From assembly GCF_006345805.1 (NCBI RefSeq), contig NW_021824953.1, positions 1 to 17,082 of the forward strand: DNA of 17,082 nucleotides, read 5' to 3'. A program made the position numbers and the translations under genes. This stretch comes from Octopus sinensis. Taxonomy: Eukaryota. Numbering within the stretch: position 1 is the first letter of the stretch; every line of letters starts with the position of its first letter. Below the pieces are notes generated by a model. The model was given only the letters and a program-made list of their open reading frames with translations, had not been told where the DNA came from and searched no databases. This document shows positions 1-10,056 of this stretch, piece after piece.

Positions 1-336
1 AAAATATTTTTGTTTCTTCTATCTGTATATCAGCTAAGTACGTGATATTTTATTGTTCAATCCACGCCATCCACTTTGAATATTCACTCGTTTATTAATG
101 GCTGCTATGGTGATACATATCAGCAAGACTTGAAATTATCTGCCAATGTTCATATTTATATATTTTCCCTCCCATTTCCTTTGACTGTTACAATGCATAC
201 ACCGCTCTTTGTTCTTTCATTACAAGCTTACTTTCTGCCGTAATATAAACATCGCATATCGACGGCATTTTATCGTCTGCCTTCCTAACGCTAAAATGCA
301 AACAAACAGACGAGCGACTGTCATCAGCTGTACTGT

Positions 337-348
337 ACACACACACAT

Positions 349-387
<39 letters not shown>

Positions 388-461
388 CACACACATGCAC
401 ACACACGTACACACACACGTACACACACACGCACACACAGGCACACACATACAAACACACA
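337..461. repeat. (CA)n microsatellite, interrupted
   Basis: Direct CA dinucleotide run with CATG/CGTA interruptions. Confidence 0.95.
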
Positions 462-922
462 TATGTTCTATGTCTACAAGCTTTCTGTATTTTATGGCAT
501 GCATTCCGAGATAGTATTTTCATTTCAGTTTATAACATAATAGAAACGACTGGCAAACTACCAGACGCAGATACAACGAGAAACACCTTTTCTCTATTTT
601 CAGATACTGACAATCCGTCGAGACAGAACTGAATAACTTGTAAGATTTTCTCTTCCATTAAGATCTATTTACTTCAACGATTTAACAAAATTTATTTAAC
701 GATGTTGTGGCACTGAATATTTCCATTCCTTTAGGAACACAAAATGATTGCAGCCATTCCGATCCACTTTCACCATTAACCATCATCATCATTTCACCAC
801 CATCGCTTTTTCAAATTTTCACACCAATACTCATAATAATAATAAAATGTATAAATACATACGTACAAATATTCATACAAACATACATTTACATGTGTGC
901 ATACATATCTATCTATATTTAT

Positions 923-926
923 GCAC

Positions 927-962
<36 letters not shown>

Positions 963-1039
963 ACACACACATATATATATATAATATGAATTATATATAT
1001 ATATAATAATAAAATATGAATTATATATATATATATATA
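923..1039. repeat. Compound (CA)n/(TA)n microsatellite with a short local duplication (AATATGAATTATATATATATA twice)
   Basis: Seen directly. Confidence 0.9.
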
Positions 1040-1326
1040 CCTACACAGACGAACACGCGCGCGCGACCCCCACCCCACACATTTGTACTGAATTTTCTTT
1101 TACTCGCGAATTGAGTGTCACGGTCCACAATAACACTTTAGTATTCAGGCAGGTTTTATACAGTATAAAGCTACTTATTCAATTCGTCCTCCCTTCTATG
1201 TTTACACTTTCCATTTGCTATTTTCCCATGTTGTATTAGAGATTTTTTTTATGGTTGTTTGTATTTCATTTGCAAAGTTTTATTTGCTCTAACTTTCCCA
1301 CAGATGTTTTTCAATATATATATGTT

Positions 1327-1329
1327 GTG

Positions 1330-1364
<35 letters not shown>

Positions 1365-1372
1365 GTGTTTGT
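1327..1372. repeat. (GT)n microsatellite
   Basis: Seen directly. Confidence 0.95.
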
Positions 1373-2005
1373 GCTGTTTCTACTAAATCCTGTCACTTCT
1401 AAGTTGTCTATTCTCCTATTGTTCATCATCATATTCTTTTCTGCTCGTCAATTCAATGTGTTGTTTCTGCTTGTTTATTGCCGAAACGTGTCATGTTTTT
1501 CTTTGCCATCACATATGCTCGCGTTGTGTATTTGCTCATTCATTAGTTGTTCTGCATCTGCCTGTTGCCTACACCGCTCATGTCCTGTTTTGCTAACGCT
1601 GTGCATCTGCCTACATCATCAGCAGTTATTTCATATCTGAAGTTGCTAATCATTATCATATAAACAATGGCATTCTTAATTTGATATCTTAAGCCTGTAA
1701 TCTATTATTTCTGTCTACAATTTAAATTGTATTTCCGTTGCACTTTATAATCGGAATATCGCCCAGTTTGCAGTTTCGCCTAGTTTGAAGTGATGAACTC
1801 ATTCCGCTGTCTGAGATGTTAGATTTTCTAGATTTTTCTGCTGAAAAAATAATTTTGTTCAGTAATTATATTCTATACACCAAATAAGAGTTATCAGGGA
1901 TAAATTTGTATTCGCGGTGAAGTCTTGCTTTTCATTTGATATATATTTGCACACTATTATCTCTAGACATGCTAAAATGATTTTACATACAGATATACAC
2001 GCAAG

Positions 2006-2007
2006 CA

Positions 2008-2071
<64 letters not shown>

Positions 2072-2207
2072 AAACGTACACAGGGAGGATTATGTATGTG
2101 TGTACATATGCTTATATATGTAAGTAAATATGCTCGTGTATATGAGAGCGTGTGTATGCATGTATATAGATATATAGATATATGTATATCAACATATATA
2201 CATAGAT

Positions 2208-2265
<58 letters not shown>

Positions 2266-2495
2266 TATAATACATAGATACATACATATATGTATATAGA
2301 TATATGTATATATATATATATATATATACATACATATATATGCATACATAGATACTATATATGTATATATATTATAGATGTATATATATATATATACATC
2401 CTTATATATATACATATATATATATATAAACACATATTTATATATACACAGAGATGAATGTATTTAAATATGTATATACAATCCGTGTATGTGCG

Positions 2496-2526
<31 letters not shown>

Positions 2527-2829
2527 GCACATATATATACATATCTATATATATATATACATTATATGAACTTATGTATATATAGACATATATACACATA
2601 TATATATACATATATATATACACACATATATATATACACATATATACATACATATATACACATATACACACATATATATACACATGTATATACATATATA
2701 TATACATATATATATATGTACATATATATATATACACATATATATATACACATATATATATACACATATATATATATATATACACATATATATACACACA
2801 CATATATATATACACATATATACAAAATC

Positions 2830-2860
<31 letters not shown>

Positions 2861-2882
2861 CACACAAATATATATATATACA
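2006..2882. repeat. Long compound (CA)n then degenerate (TA)n/(TATACA)n low-complexity tract
   Basis: About 880 bp of alternating purine-pyrimidine repeats. It explains all ORFs between 1859 and 2994. Confidence 0.95.
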
Positions 2883-3225
2883 TGCTCACACCTACCTGTA
2901 CGTTTGCATATGACAAAATATACCAATCTATCTCTGTATCTCTGCCTACATACGAGCGTCTGTGCAAATAACCAGGACTCCTTAACAATGTCATAATAAT
3001 AATTTCTTTAGTCGCCTCTTTTATTTATCTCCGTATGTTTCCGTATATTCCCGCATCTGTCTGTGAAATCCCCGCTCCCTCACTCCGCTCATCCTTCTAG
3101 GAGAAGGTAACTCAGGTAACTGGGATAACTCCGACATAAAACCTGCGGCTCAGTGGTTATCGATGATGTTGACTTGTTCTTCTTTTCGGATTATGGCTGC
3201 TGTTACTTAGTGAGTGGGATTGACT

Positions 3226-3340
3226 CAGTGGACGGCCTTTCCTCACTTTGAAAAAAATCTTCTTGCACAGGCATTGCACGATAACAACATTGATTAAGCT
3301 TCGTGCAATGGCCATACTCGATAACGAGGGGGCAGCCACC
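3226..3340 (+). mobile_element. Probable 3' end of an RTE-clade LINE (degenerate)
   Basis: AGT GGA CGG CCT TTC CTC ACT TTG (SGRPFLTL) resembles the CGRxCxS-type C-terminus of RTE ORFs. It is followed by a 10-bp stem (3272-3281/3301-3310) and CATACTCG-ATAA-CGAGGGGGCAGCC, which resembles RTE 3' terminal stem-loops, then runs directly into a microsatellite tail. Family call is from recalled similarity only. Confidence 0.45.
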
Positions 3341-3627
3341 ATATATGTGTATATATATATGTATATATATGTGTGTGTGTATATATATATGTGCATATAC
3401 ATGTGTGTATATATATGTGTATATATGTGTGTGTATATATGCATATATATATATATGTGTATATATGTATATAAATTATATGAATATATATATGTAGGTA
3501 TATTTGTGTGTATATATGTGTATATATATGTATGTAATATATATATGTCTATATATATATATATACATGTATATATATATGTATATATATATATATATGC
3601 ATGTATATGTATATATATGTATATATA
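3341..3627. repeat. Degenerate (TA)n/(TG)n tract
   Basis: Seen directly. Confidence 0.95.
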
Positions 3628-3745
3628 TCACCGTCACCGTCACCGACCAGGCTATCAGATGTTGCTACAAATCGCTGGTCACAATGCGATTTGCATTGTT
3701 TTAGCCTTCAAATGACACCACCCCGCTGGCTAAGCGAGCAGGTCA
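3628..3745 (+). mobile_element. Unclassified ~118 bp structured interspersed repeat in a TA tract, copy 1
   Basis: Closely matches the reverse complement of 11540-11658 (GACCAG...GATGTTGCTACA...CTGGTCACAATGCG...CATTGTTTTAGCCTTCAAAT...CCCCGCTG.CTAAGCGAGCAGG). Strand is arbitrary. Confidence 0.85.
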
Positions 3746-3957
3746 TGTATATATATATATATATATATATGGCTATGCATATATATCCATATGTTACGTA
3801 TATACATACACTTACATATTTAAACACACAGTCATATATATATATATATATTATATAAATTAGAGACAAAACCACTATTATGGAAATCAAACAAAGAAAG
3901 ACTTAATCCAATACATAAATTAATTTATATTATTTAGTAATTTAACAATTTTTATAT

Positions 3958-4021
3958 CCACTACGATCGTTTCATGTCTTCTTTTCATCACATCTTTGAG
4001 TGGTAGACATTCTTCAGGTGG
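3958..4021 (-). ncRNA. Minimal type I hammerhead ribozyme
   Basis: Minus strand reads CCAC-CTGAAGA-ATGTCT-(25 nt)-AGACAT-GAAA-CGATCG-TA-GTGG. All core nucleotides are present, with stems I and II and a palindromic stem III. Confidence 0.85.
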
Positions 4022-4084
4022 TTTCAAACATTCTTGGCGAGTTTAAACTATGAACTAGTTTAAACTCGCCAAGAATGTTTGAAA

Positions 4085-4148
4085 CCACCTGAAGAATGTC
4101 TAATACTCAAAGATGTGATGAAAAGAAGACATGAAACGATCGTAGTGG
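4085..4148 (+). ncRNA. Minimal type I hammerhead ribozyme
   Basis: CCAC(4085-88) CTGAAGA(4089-95) ATGTCT(4096-4101) loop AGACAT(4127-32) GAAA(4133-36) CGATCG(4137-42) TA GTGG(4145-48). Predicted cleavage after GUA at 4144. Confidence 0.87.
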
Positions 4149-4264
4149 ATATTAATAATTGTTAAATTACTAAATAATATAAATTAATTTATGTATTGGA
4201 TTAAATCCTAAATCTGATTTTTCCCTGTAAGTTTGGATTTATTCCCTAATATTTATTATTAATT

Positions 4265-4295
<31 letters not shown>

Positions 4296-4486
4296 GTGTG
4301 TGTCTATTCGTCCTCTATATTAAACATATCCAGCCTTGCTTCAAATGGTGCGAGTCATTATTTATCAACCTGACAAATGCCGGAAGATGGCAGAAGCACA
4401 AGCTGCTGCCGCCGGTGGTTGTTGCGATTGTGGTGGTGGAGATGATAATGATGATACATAGTTCGATGTAATGAGATGAGGTTGTT

Positions 4487-4516
4487 TGTGTGTGTGTGTA
4501 TGTGTCTGCGCGTCAT

Positions 4517-4547
<31 letters not shown>
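4487..4547. repeat. (GT)n and (GA)n microsatellites
   Basis: Seen directly. Confidence 0.9.
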
Positions 4548-4551
<4 letters not shown>

Positions 4552-4947
4552 AGCGAGAATGTTAGAAAGAATATGTAAGAGAAAGATGTAGAGTGAAGGA
4601 CAAAGAGCGTGAAGGACGGAGGTAGAAAGAGAGAGTGTGTAAGTTGAAAATTGAGAAGCAAGAAATTGTGTTCAAATGAGCAGACAAAGAGGAGAAGTTG
4701 GAAGGAATATTAAAGTACAATTCCTTAATTCTGAGTTCAATAAAAATGTTGGCGTCGTTAAATAGATGAGTGTGACGTTATATATGGCCGACAAATTATT
4801 GTTAATTGTTCCCGCGGTTTCTTGAAATTCGATTCCGACTTTGCTTGGACTGAATCAAACTAAGAAACAGATTTTAAGAGGATTTTGCTAAATTCAGGGC
4901 CGGGACACGGAAGGGATTCTGTGAACTTTTGCATAATGTCCATTCGA

Positions 4948-5076
4948 TGGTTGATTGGTTGGATAGTTAAAGCCTCGGAGAAATTTGTCATGTCCCTACT
5001 AAGATCAAATTCCAACGACGACAAATTTGACTTTCATCTGCGGGAGATAAATTAATAAAACAACCAAACGCTGGGG
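4948..5076 (+). mobile_element. Highly degenerate tRNA-derived SINE, same family as 6549-6700
   Basis: GATCAAATTCC...TTTGACTTTCATC...GATAAA resembles the reverse complement of 6549-6700 (GTTCAAATTCTGCCGAGGGCAACTTTGCCTCTTATC...GGATAAAA). Confidence 0.5.
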
Positions 5077-5302
5077 TTTGTTCTTTCTTTCTTTCTTTCT
5101 TTGTCACGTTTACCTCCTCTCTTTCTCTGTCATTCACTTTCCCACACTTTCTTTTTGTCTATCACTTTCTCTTTCTCTTTCTCTCACACTTAAATTCCCC
5201 ACTCTCTCCCTCTCTCTCTTACTCACTATCTCTCTTCTCTCTCTCTTTCGGTCTGTCTGCTTTGCTCCCATTCTTTTTGTCCCCACCTCTCTCTCTCTCT
5301 CC
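5077..5302. repeat. Polypyrimidine (CT/CTTT) low-complexity tract
   Basis: Seen directly. Confidence 0.8.
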
Positions 5303-5484
5303 CGAGAGAGAGGCTAGTAGCCGACCATTCCCCTTGTCCCTTTTCTCCAACAAATAGGGACGGGTTGCATTGGGGCCAGCAAAGAACTTGTCCTCATCCA
5401 ACACGCCCTAAACACCGTCCAAAACATTAAATATTGAAAACCGAAAAGTCATACTCCTGAAAATATCTTCCAAAGTTTCGAAGA

Positions 5485-5608
5485 GTTGTATGAAGGATGC
5501 ACTTACGATCGCGAGATGACGGTTTCGATTCTCAGATTGGCTGTGCGTTTTTACTTGAGCAAAGCACTTTATTTCATACTGCTTCTGTCCGCTCTGTAGT
5601 AAACGGGG
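5485..5608 (+). mobile_element. Degenerate tRNA-derived SINE, second family
   Basis: B-box-like GGTTTCGATTC at 5521-5531, followed by TTGAGCAAAGCACTTTATTTCA...GTCCGCTCTG. The body is homologous to 14452-14528. Confidence 0.6.
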
Positions 5609-6120
5609 TACGAGGGATGATGGTGATTCCGAAAACCACCCGAACGGGGGAGGGTCACGTGAGCTATATTTCGTATTCAGTGATCAAAAAGTGAATAGGA
5701 CATTTCGTACTGTGCATCCAGACTTGTTGTCGAAAGATTAACATGGGACAACAGAATCGCATCCGATAAACTTCTAAGCAGCCAAGGCATTGAGGTGGAG
5801 CGAGGTTTCATATCTGCTACGTCGTCTGTGCCATCATGGATGTTGTTATTATTTAACTCCGGCGTTGCTTTCAGTTAGTAATTCTACGATTAAAGTCATT
5901 CCAGCCGTGACCTTAATTTCTAAATGTGCAAGGGACACAGAACCATTTGTTGCACGTTCGGCAAACGGCTTTTACCATAGACTAGGACCCGAGTGAGAAA
6001 AAATTGAGACGGGAAATGAGAGGAAGCACCTCAGAGAGATGATTAAATCAGAAATTCTAAAATTCATTTGCCTTCTTAGTCGTATATTCTGCTACGGTGA
6101 CACACCACCAGCAAATAAAC

Positions 6121-6122
<2 letters not shown>

Positions 6123-6192
<70 letters not shown>

Positions 6193-6252
6193 CACACACA
6201 CACACACATACACACACACACACACACACATACACACACGCATACACACATA
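6123..6252. repeat. (CA)n microsatellite
   Basis: Seen directly. Confidence 0.95.
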
Positions 6253-6548
6253 TGCACGAAAAAATACGATAAACACGAATATATATAATTTGTTCCTGCG
6301 TACGTTTCACTGTTGTGGCTGTTTTGAACTCGACATTCGATGTTCCACACTCACTATTTTTATCGCATTATGTCTTCTAAACTTTAGTGTTCCCAGAGGA
6401 TCCATTATGATTAGGCATCCGATTACTTGCAGTATCCGCTGCAGAGTTCCAAACAGTCACAATGGTGCATCGTATGTAGGGAACAAATGATATAGATTGG
6501 TGTTTATCATCTTTCCTCCTACATTTCCTCAGTATACCATAACTAGTA

Positions 6549-6700
6549 ATATTGGTTCTAAATTTTGGTACAAGCTAAGTACTTTCGGAAGAGAGGGGAA
6601 GTCAACTGTTACTTGTTTTATCCACCCCGAAATGATAAGAGGCAAAGTTGCCCTCGGCAGAATTTGAACTCAGAACATAAAGACGGTCGAAATGCCGCCT
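6549..6700 (-). mobile_element. tRNA-derived SINE, 5' truncated
   Basis: Minus strand GGCGGCATTTCGACCGTCTTTATGTTCTGAGTTCAAATTCTGCCGAGG... contains a Pol III B-box-like GAGTTCAAATTC. It resembles an abundant octopus SINE as recalled, and a related copy lies at 4948-5076. Confidence 0.7.
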
Positions 6701-7009
6701 TATAATAACAAATAATATTACCAAGTATTAGAGTAGCTGAACGACTGGAAGCAGAGCGGGTGATTATAACCTACATGGACCTCAAAGCTCAATATAAGTC
6801 TATTAGTACAAGCAAGATATTGTATATGTTTATCTGTGTGTGTGTGTGTTTGTTTGTATGTATATCCGTTGTTGAGTATCGATCCAGAGAAGGAGTACTC
6901 CACACAAAGATAGAGTGCAATAGTTTATCTAAGCTGGTCTGTTACTATTGTGCAACCTCAGCTACACAGCGAAACCTCCAGGATAACAAATCACAAGACC
7001 AGTTTAAAT

Positions 7010-7020
7010 TCTCTCTCCCT

Positions 7021-7057
<37 letters not shown>
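7010..7057. repeat. (CT)n microsatellite
   Basis: Seen directly. Confidence 0.95.
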
Positions 7058-7059
<2 letters not shown>

Positions 7060-7677
7060 ATCCTCGTATATGTGTTTGTGCGTGTGAATGTGTTGAATAA
7101 AAAAGAAAGTTACAGAGTCTGACTACACAGTTCAGTGTTCTCTGTCCCGTAATCAAATACACCCTCCTCTTCTAATTACTTTCAACGTATAATCAGCGGT
7201 ACACGAATAACATCTTTCATTACCTTAGTTTCGATTTAACCAACTTGACACGAAAAACATTACAATTTTTGTCCTTTCTTAAATCAGTAATTCATTTCAT
7301 AAGCGTGGTAAAGATTTATGATATTTAACTGATTAGTATTACTAATTAGTAATCAATATAACTAATTAGTTATTGTGAGAGTGTTGCACGGGTGGATTGT
7401 AAGGTGTTTATAGAAACATATAACTATAATGATGTCTGAATTATCGAATATTGATCATTAATGAAGGTTTTTTCAGCTGAAAAGTTTATCGAGTATTCGG
7501 TATGTGTAGGAAAAGTTTAAAATAGATGCAAATATATTTTTCACAAGTATCAGGAGTATTGTGAAACGATGGGTTTTGAATGGTGACTGACTTAGAAACG
7601 GTAGGGGAATATTCCACTGGAAGCAGCTCTCTACCATTCTGAATATCTGTTTACACACACACACGGATATATATATC

Positions 7678-7869
7678 CGAGGGTGTGTTTGAAAAGTTTC
7701 TTGGTTTGGGTAAAAAACATACAGGTGGAGGATCAGTTAATTTATTCAACACATTCCCTTCTCAGATTCACACATTTATTGCAACGGTCCTTCAGGCATT
7801 CTAAGTCCTGTAAAACAACTCGGCTTTTTATGAAACCCTTAAAACCAAGAATGTTTCACCCTCTACTCG
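7678..7869. mobile_element. Tc1/mariner-type MITE, degenerate
   Basis: Imperfect terminal inverted repeats CGAGGGTGTGTTTGAAAAGTTTCTTGGTTT / AAACCAAGAATGTTTCACCCTCTACTCG, followed by TA. CGAGGG-type termini in a TA context are typical of mariner. About 190 bp and non-coding. Confidence 0.65.
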
Positions 7870-7905
7870 TATATATGTCTGTATACATACACCACACATA
7901 CAAAC

Positions 7906-7906
<1 letters not shown>

Positions 7907-7969
<63 letters not shown>

Positions 7970-8012
7970 GTGTGTGTGTGTGTGGTGTATGTGTGTGTGT
8001 GTGTGTGCGTAT
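7907..8012. repeat. (TA)n then (GT)n microsatellite
   Basis: Seen directly. Confidence 0.95.
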
Positions 8013-8281
8013 ACACCCACAAATACATACATATATACATGCATACCTACACAACACACATATACGTGTACGCACATAGATACATGCATGCACACTTCTA
8101 TACATGCACATATATTGATATGTGTCATATCGCATTCTATTATTTCGTGTTGCTGTATTGTGTGCTGATGCCCATCCTTACTCGTTTCCGGATGTTAGTT
8201 TTTGATGAAACATGAAATACTAGAGTTTTCAATAGATTTAGAATAACAAACTTGACAGCCATATAACATAGCTCTAATATT

Positions 8282-8357
8282 AACAACAACAACAACAACA
8301 ACAATAATAACAGCAGCAAGAAGAAGAAGAAGAAGAAGAACAACAATAATAATAATA
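8282..8357. repeat. Compound trinucleotide repeat (AAC)(AAT)(AGC)(AAG)(AAT)
   Basis: Seen directly, with one phase kept throughout. Confidence 0.9.
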
Positions 8358-8849
8358 TTTGTTCAGGCGATGTTGAAATTATAACAGCAAGCCTCTTTGA
8401 TATGACGAGATGTGTGCAATATTACAGTGGTAAATAATACGTCTGTGGCGGCAGCATTTCTTCCAATAATCCACTCGTACAATAATATCATATTTATGAA
8501 TGTGTCTCTCTTTGCAAACACTAAACAATCAATCAACGACAATTTGACAGATATGAGAGCTAAATAGAAAGCCAAACGGATGCATCAGCGCTGTTTCACA
8601 TTGGTTTTCTTTGTCCAGTTGTCCAGTTCATCGGGGAATCAATACAAGTTCGTTAATGAATGACTGACCACAAGTTTTTTTGCTGGTCTCACTTCGTTTA
8701 CACTCGTCATTAGCTGACATGGTCTATTTATTAGCCATTTAGAAAAAAACACTATCTCTCAGCACCATTGCTTCTCCTGTGTTTATGTTACACTTCGCTA
8801 AACATTAACTTATGGTTATACAGATTCCGGAACACTCACTTACACATTA

Positions 8850-8910
8850 CTCTCTCTCTCTCTCTCTCTCTCTCCTTTTTTCCCTCTCTAGCTTATACAC
8901 ACACACACAC
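8850..8910. repeat. (CT)n and (CA)n microsatellites
   Basis: Seen directly. Confidence 0.9.
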
Positions 8911-8919
8911 GCATAAACA

Positions 8920-8960
8920 CTTGTATGAACATCTTGTATGAACATCTTGTATGAACATCT
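8920..8960. repeat. 13-bp tandem repeat CTTGTATGAACAT x3
   Basis: Units at 8920-8932, 8933-8945 and 8946-8958. Confidence 0.95.
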
Positions 8961-9339
8961 ATACGTATAGATGTTTCTAAGCATACAGAGATATGTATTT
9001 ATAAGTATATATATATTTATATATGTATAAACAAAAACGGGCTAAGAGATTTCAGATTGGCCACTGGGACTAATTTGAGCAGCACAAACACCATATATTA
9101 GAAACTCCTGATTTATTAAAAGAATCTTTGCTTCTATAATATGTGTCATGATTATCACATGGAAATTCAGACAAGCTCCATATCTGAAGGGCACAGAATC
9201 GCAATAATAAGGTGTTCTCCAAACATGACATCCGCCTTTAATTTCTTTTTGACACCACTACAACATTTTTTAAACACTTTCCCTCTCGTGTTGCCTTCTT
9301 TTTTTGTTTATTGCCTGACATGAGATACACAAGCCCAAA

Positions 9340-9381
9340 CTGGTCACAATGCGCTTCCTCGCTTTGCCTTAGCTTACAAAT
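9340..9381 (+). mobile_element. Degenerate fragment of the ~118 bp repeat family
   Basis: CTGGTCACAATGCG is identical to copies 1 and 2, followed by a diverged ...TTAGCTTACAAAT. Confidence 0.5.
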
Positions 9382-9395
9382 ATTTCCACTGCGTT

Positions 9396-9434
9396 GTATG
9401 TATGTATGTATGTATATATCTATATCTATATCTG

Positions 9435-9472
<38 letters not shown>

Positions 9473-9509
9473 CTATCTATCTATCTATCTATCTATATAT
9501 ATATAGATA

Positions 9510-9550
<41 letters not shown>
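9396..9550. repeat. Compound (TATG)n/(TATC)n/(TA)n microsatellite
   Basis: Seen directly. Confidence 0.95.
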
Positions 9551-9558
<8 letters not shown>

Positions 9559-9764
9559 TAATTAGGGCTTAGTAAAATAAATTACTTTGCCACATACTGA
9601 ATTTTCTAGAATAGCAGCCAATAGCTGCTATTTCTAGAAAGTAATTATTTTACTAAGACCTAATTATATAATGAATATTTGAATACGCCTTAAATGGTCC
9701 TTTTACATACTGAACACTACTTGGTGAAAATTGATTAATAACTAATTAATTTTACCTCAATTAT

Positions 9765-9798
<34 letters not shown>

Positions 9799-10022
9799 AT
9801 ATCAATAATTGAGGGTAAACTTAATTAGTTATTAATCAATTTCACCAAGTAGTGTTCAGTATGTAAAAGGACCATTTAAGGCGTATTCAAAATATTACAT
9901 TATATAATTAGGTCTTAGTAAAATAAATTACTTTCTAGAAATAGCAGCTATTGGCTGCTATTTCTAGAAAATTCAGTATGTGGCAAAGTAATTTATTTTA
10001 CTAAGCCCTAATTATATAATTT
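9551..10022. mobile_element. Two inverted copies of a ~216 bp TA-embedded fold-back element forming a ~470 bp palindrome
   Basis: 9551-9766 is the reverse complement of 9803-10022 around a central TA run. Each copy has its own hairpin (apex TAGCAGC-CAATA-GCTGCTA) plus an unpaired tail. Confidence 0.8.
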
Positions 10023-10056
10023 ATATATATATATATATATATATAGATAGATGAAA

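Larger units (their letters stand above)
3857..4262 (+). mobile_element. Fold-back Penelope-like (pLTR-derived) non-autonomous element with hammerhead ribozymes, copy 1
   Basis: Inverted arms of ~148 bp (3903-4050/4056-4204) with a 5-nt loop TGAAC and a hammerhead in each arm. The unpaired 3' tail and the left terminus are shared with 11121-11422. Flanked by TA repeats. Confidence 0.75.

Noticed and set aside
321-327. CTGATGA on the minus strand followed by a short CAG/CTG stem
   Set aside because: No GAAA after the stem and no stems I or III.
4379-4461. GCCGGAAGATGGC (ETS/YY1-like) overlapping a 24-aa ORF, MAEAQAAAAGGCCDCGGGDDNDDT
   Set aside because: Low-complexity trinucleotide sequence with an early stop and no other promoter or splice support.
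5219-5404. 61-aa minus-strand ORF in a GC-richer block
   Set aside because: Half of it comes from a GA-rich repeat, with no recognisable motif or splice structure.
6505-6532. Minus-strand CTGAGGA...GAAA
   Set aside because: The intervening sequence cannot form stem II.
8920-8958. Short direct repeats as a possible CRISPR array
   Set aside because: No spacers, 13-bp unit, eukaryotic context.
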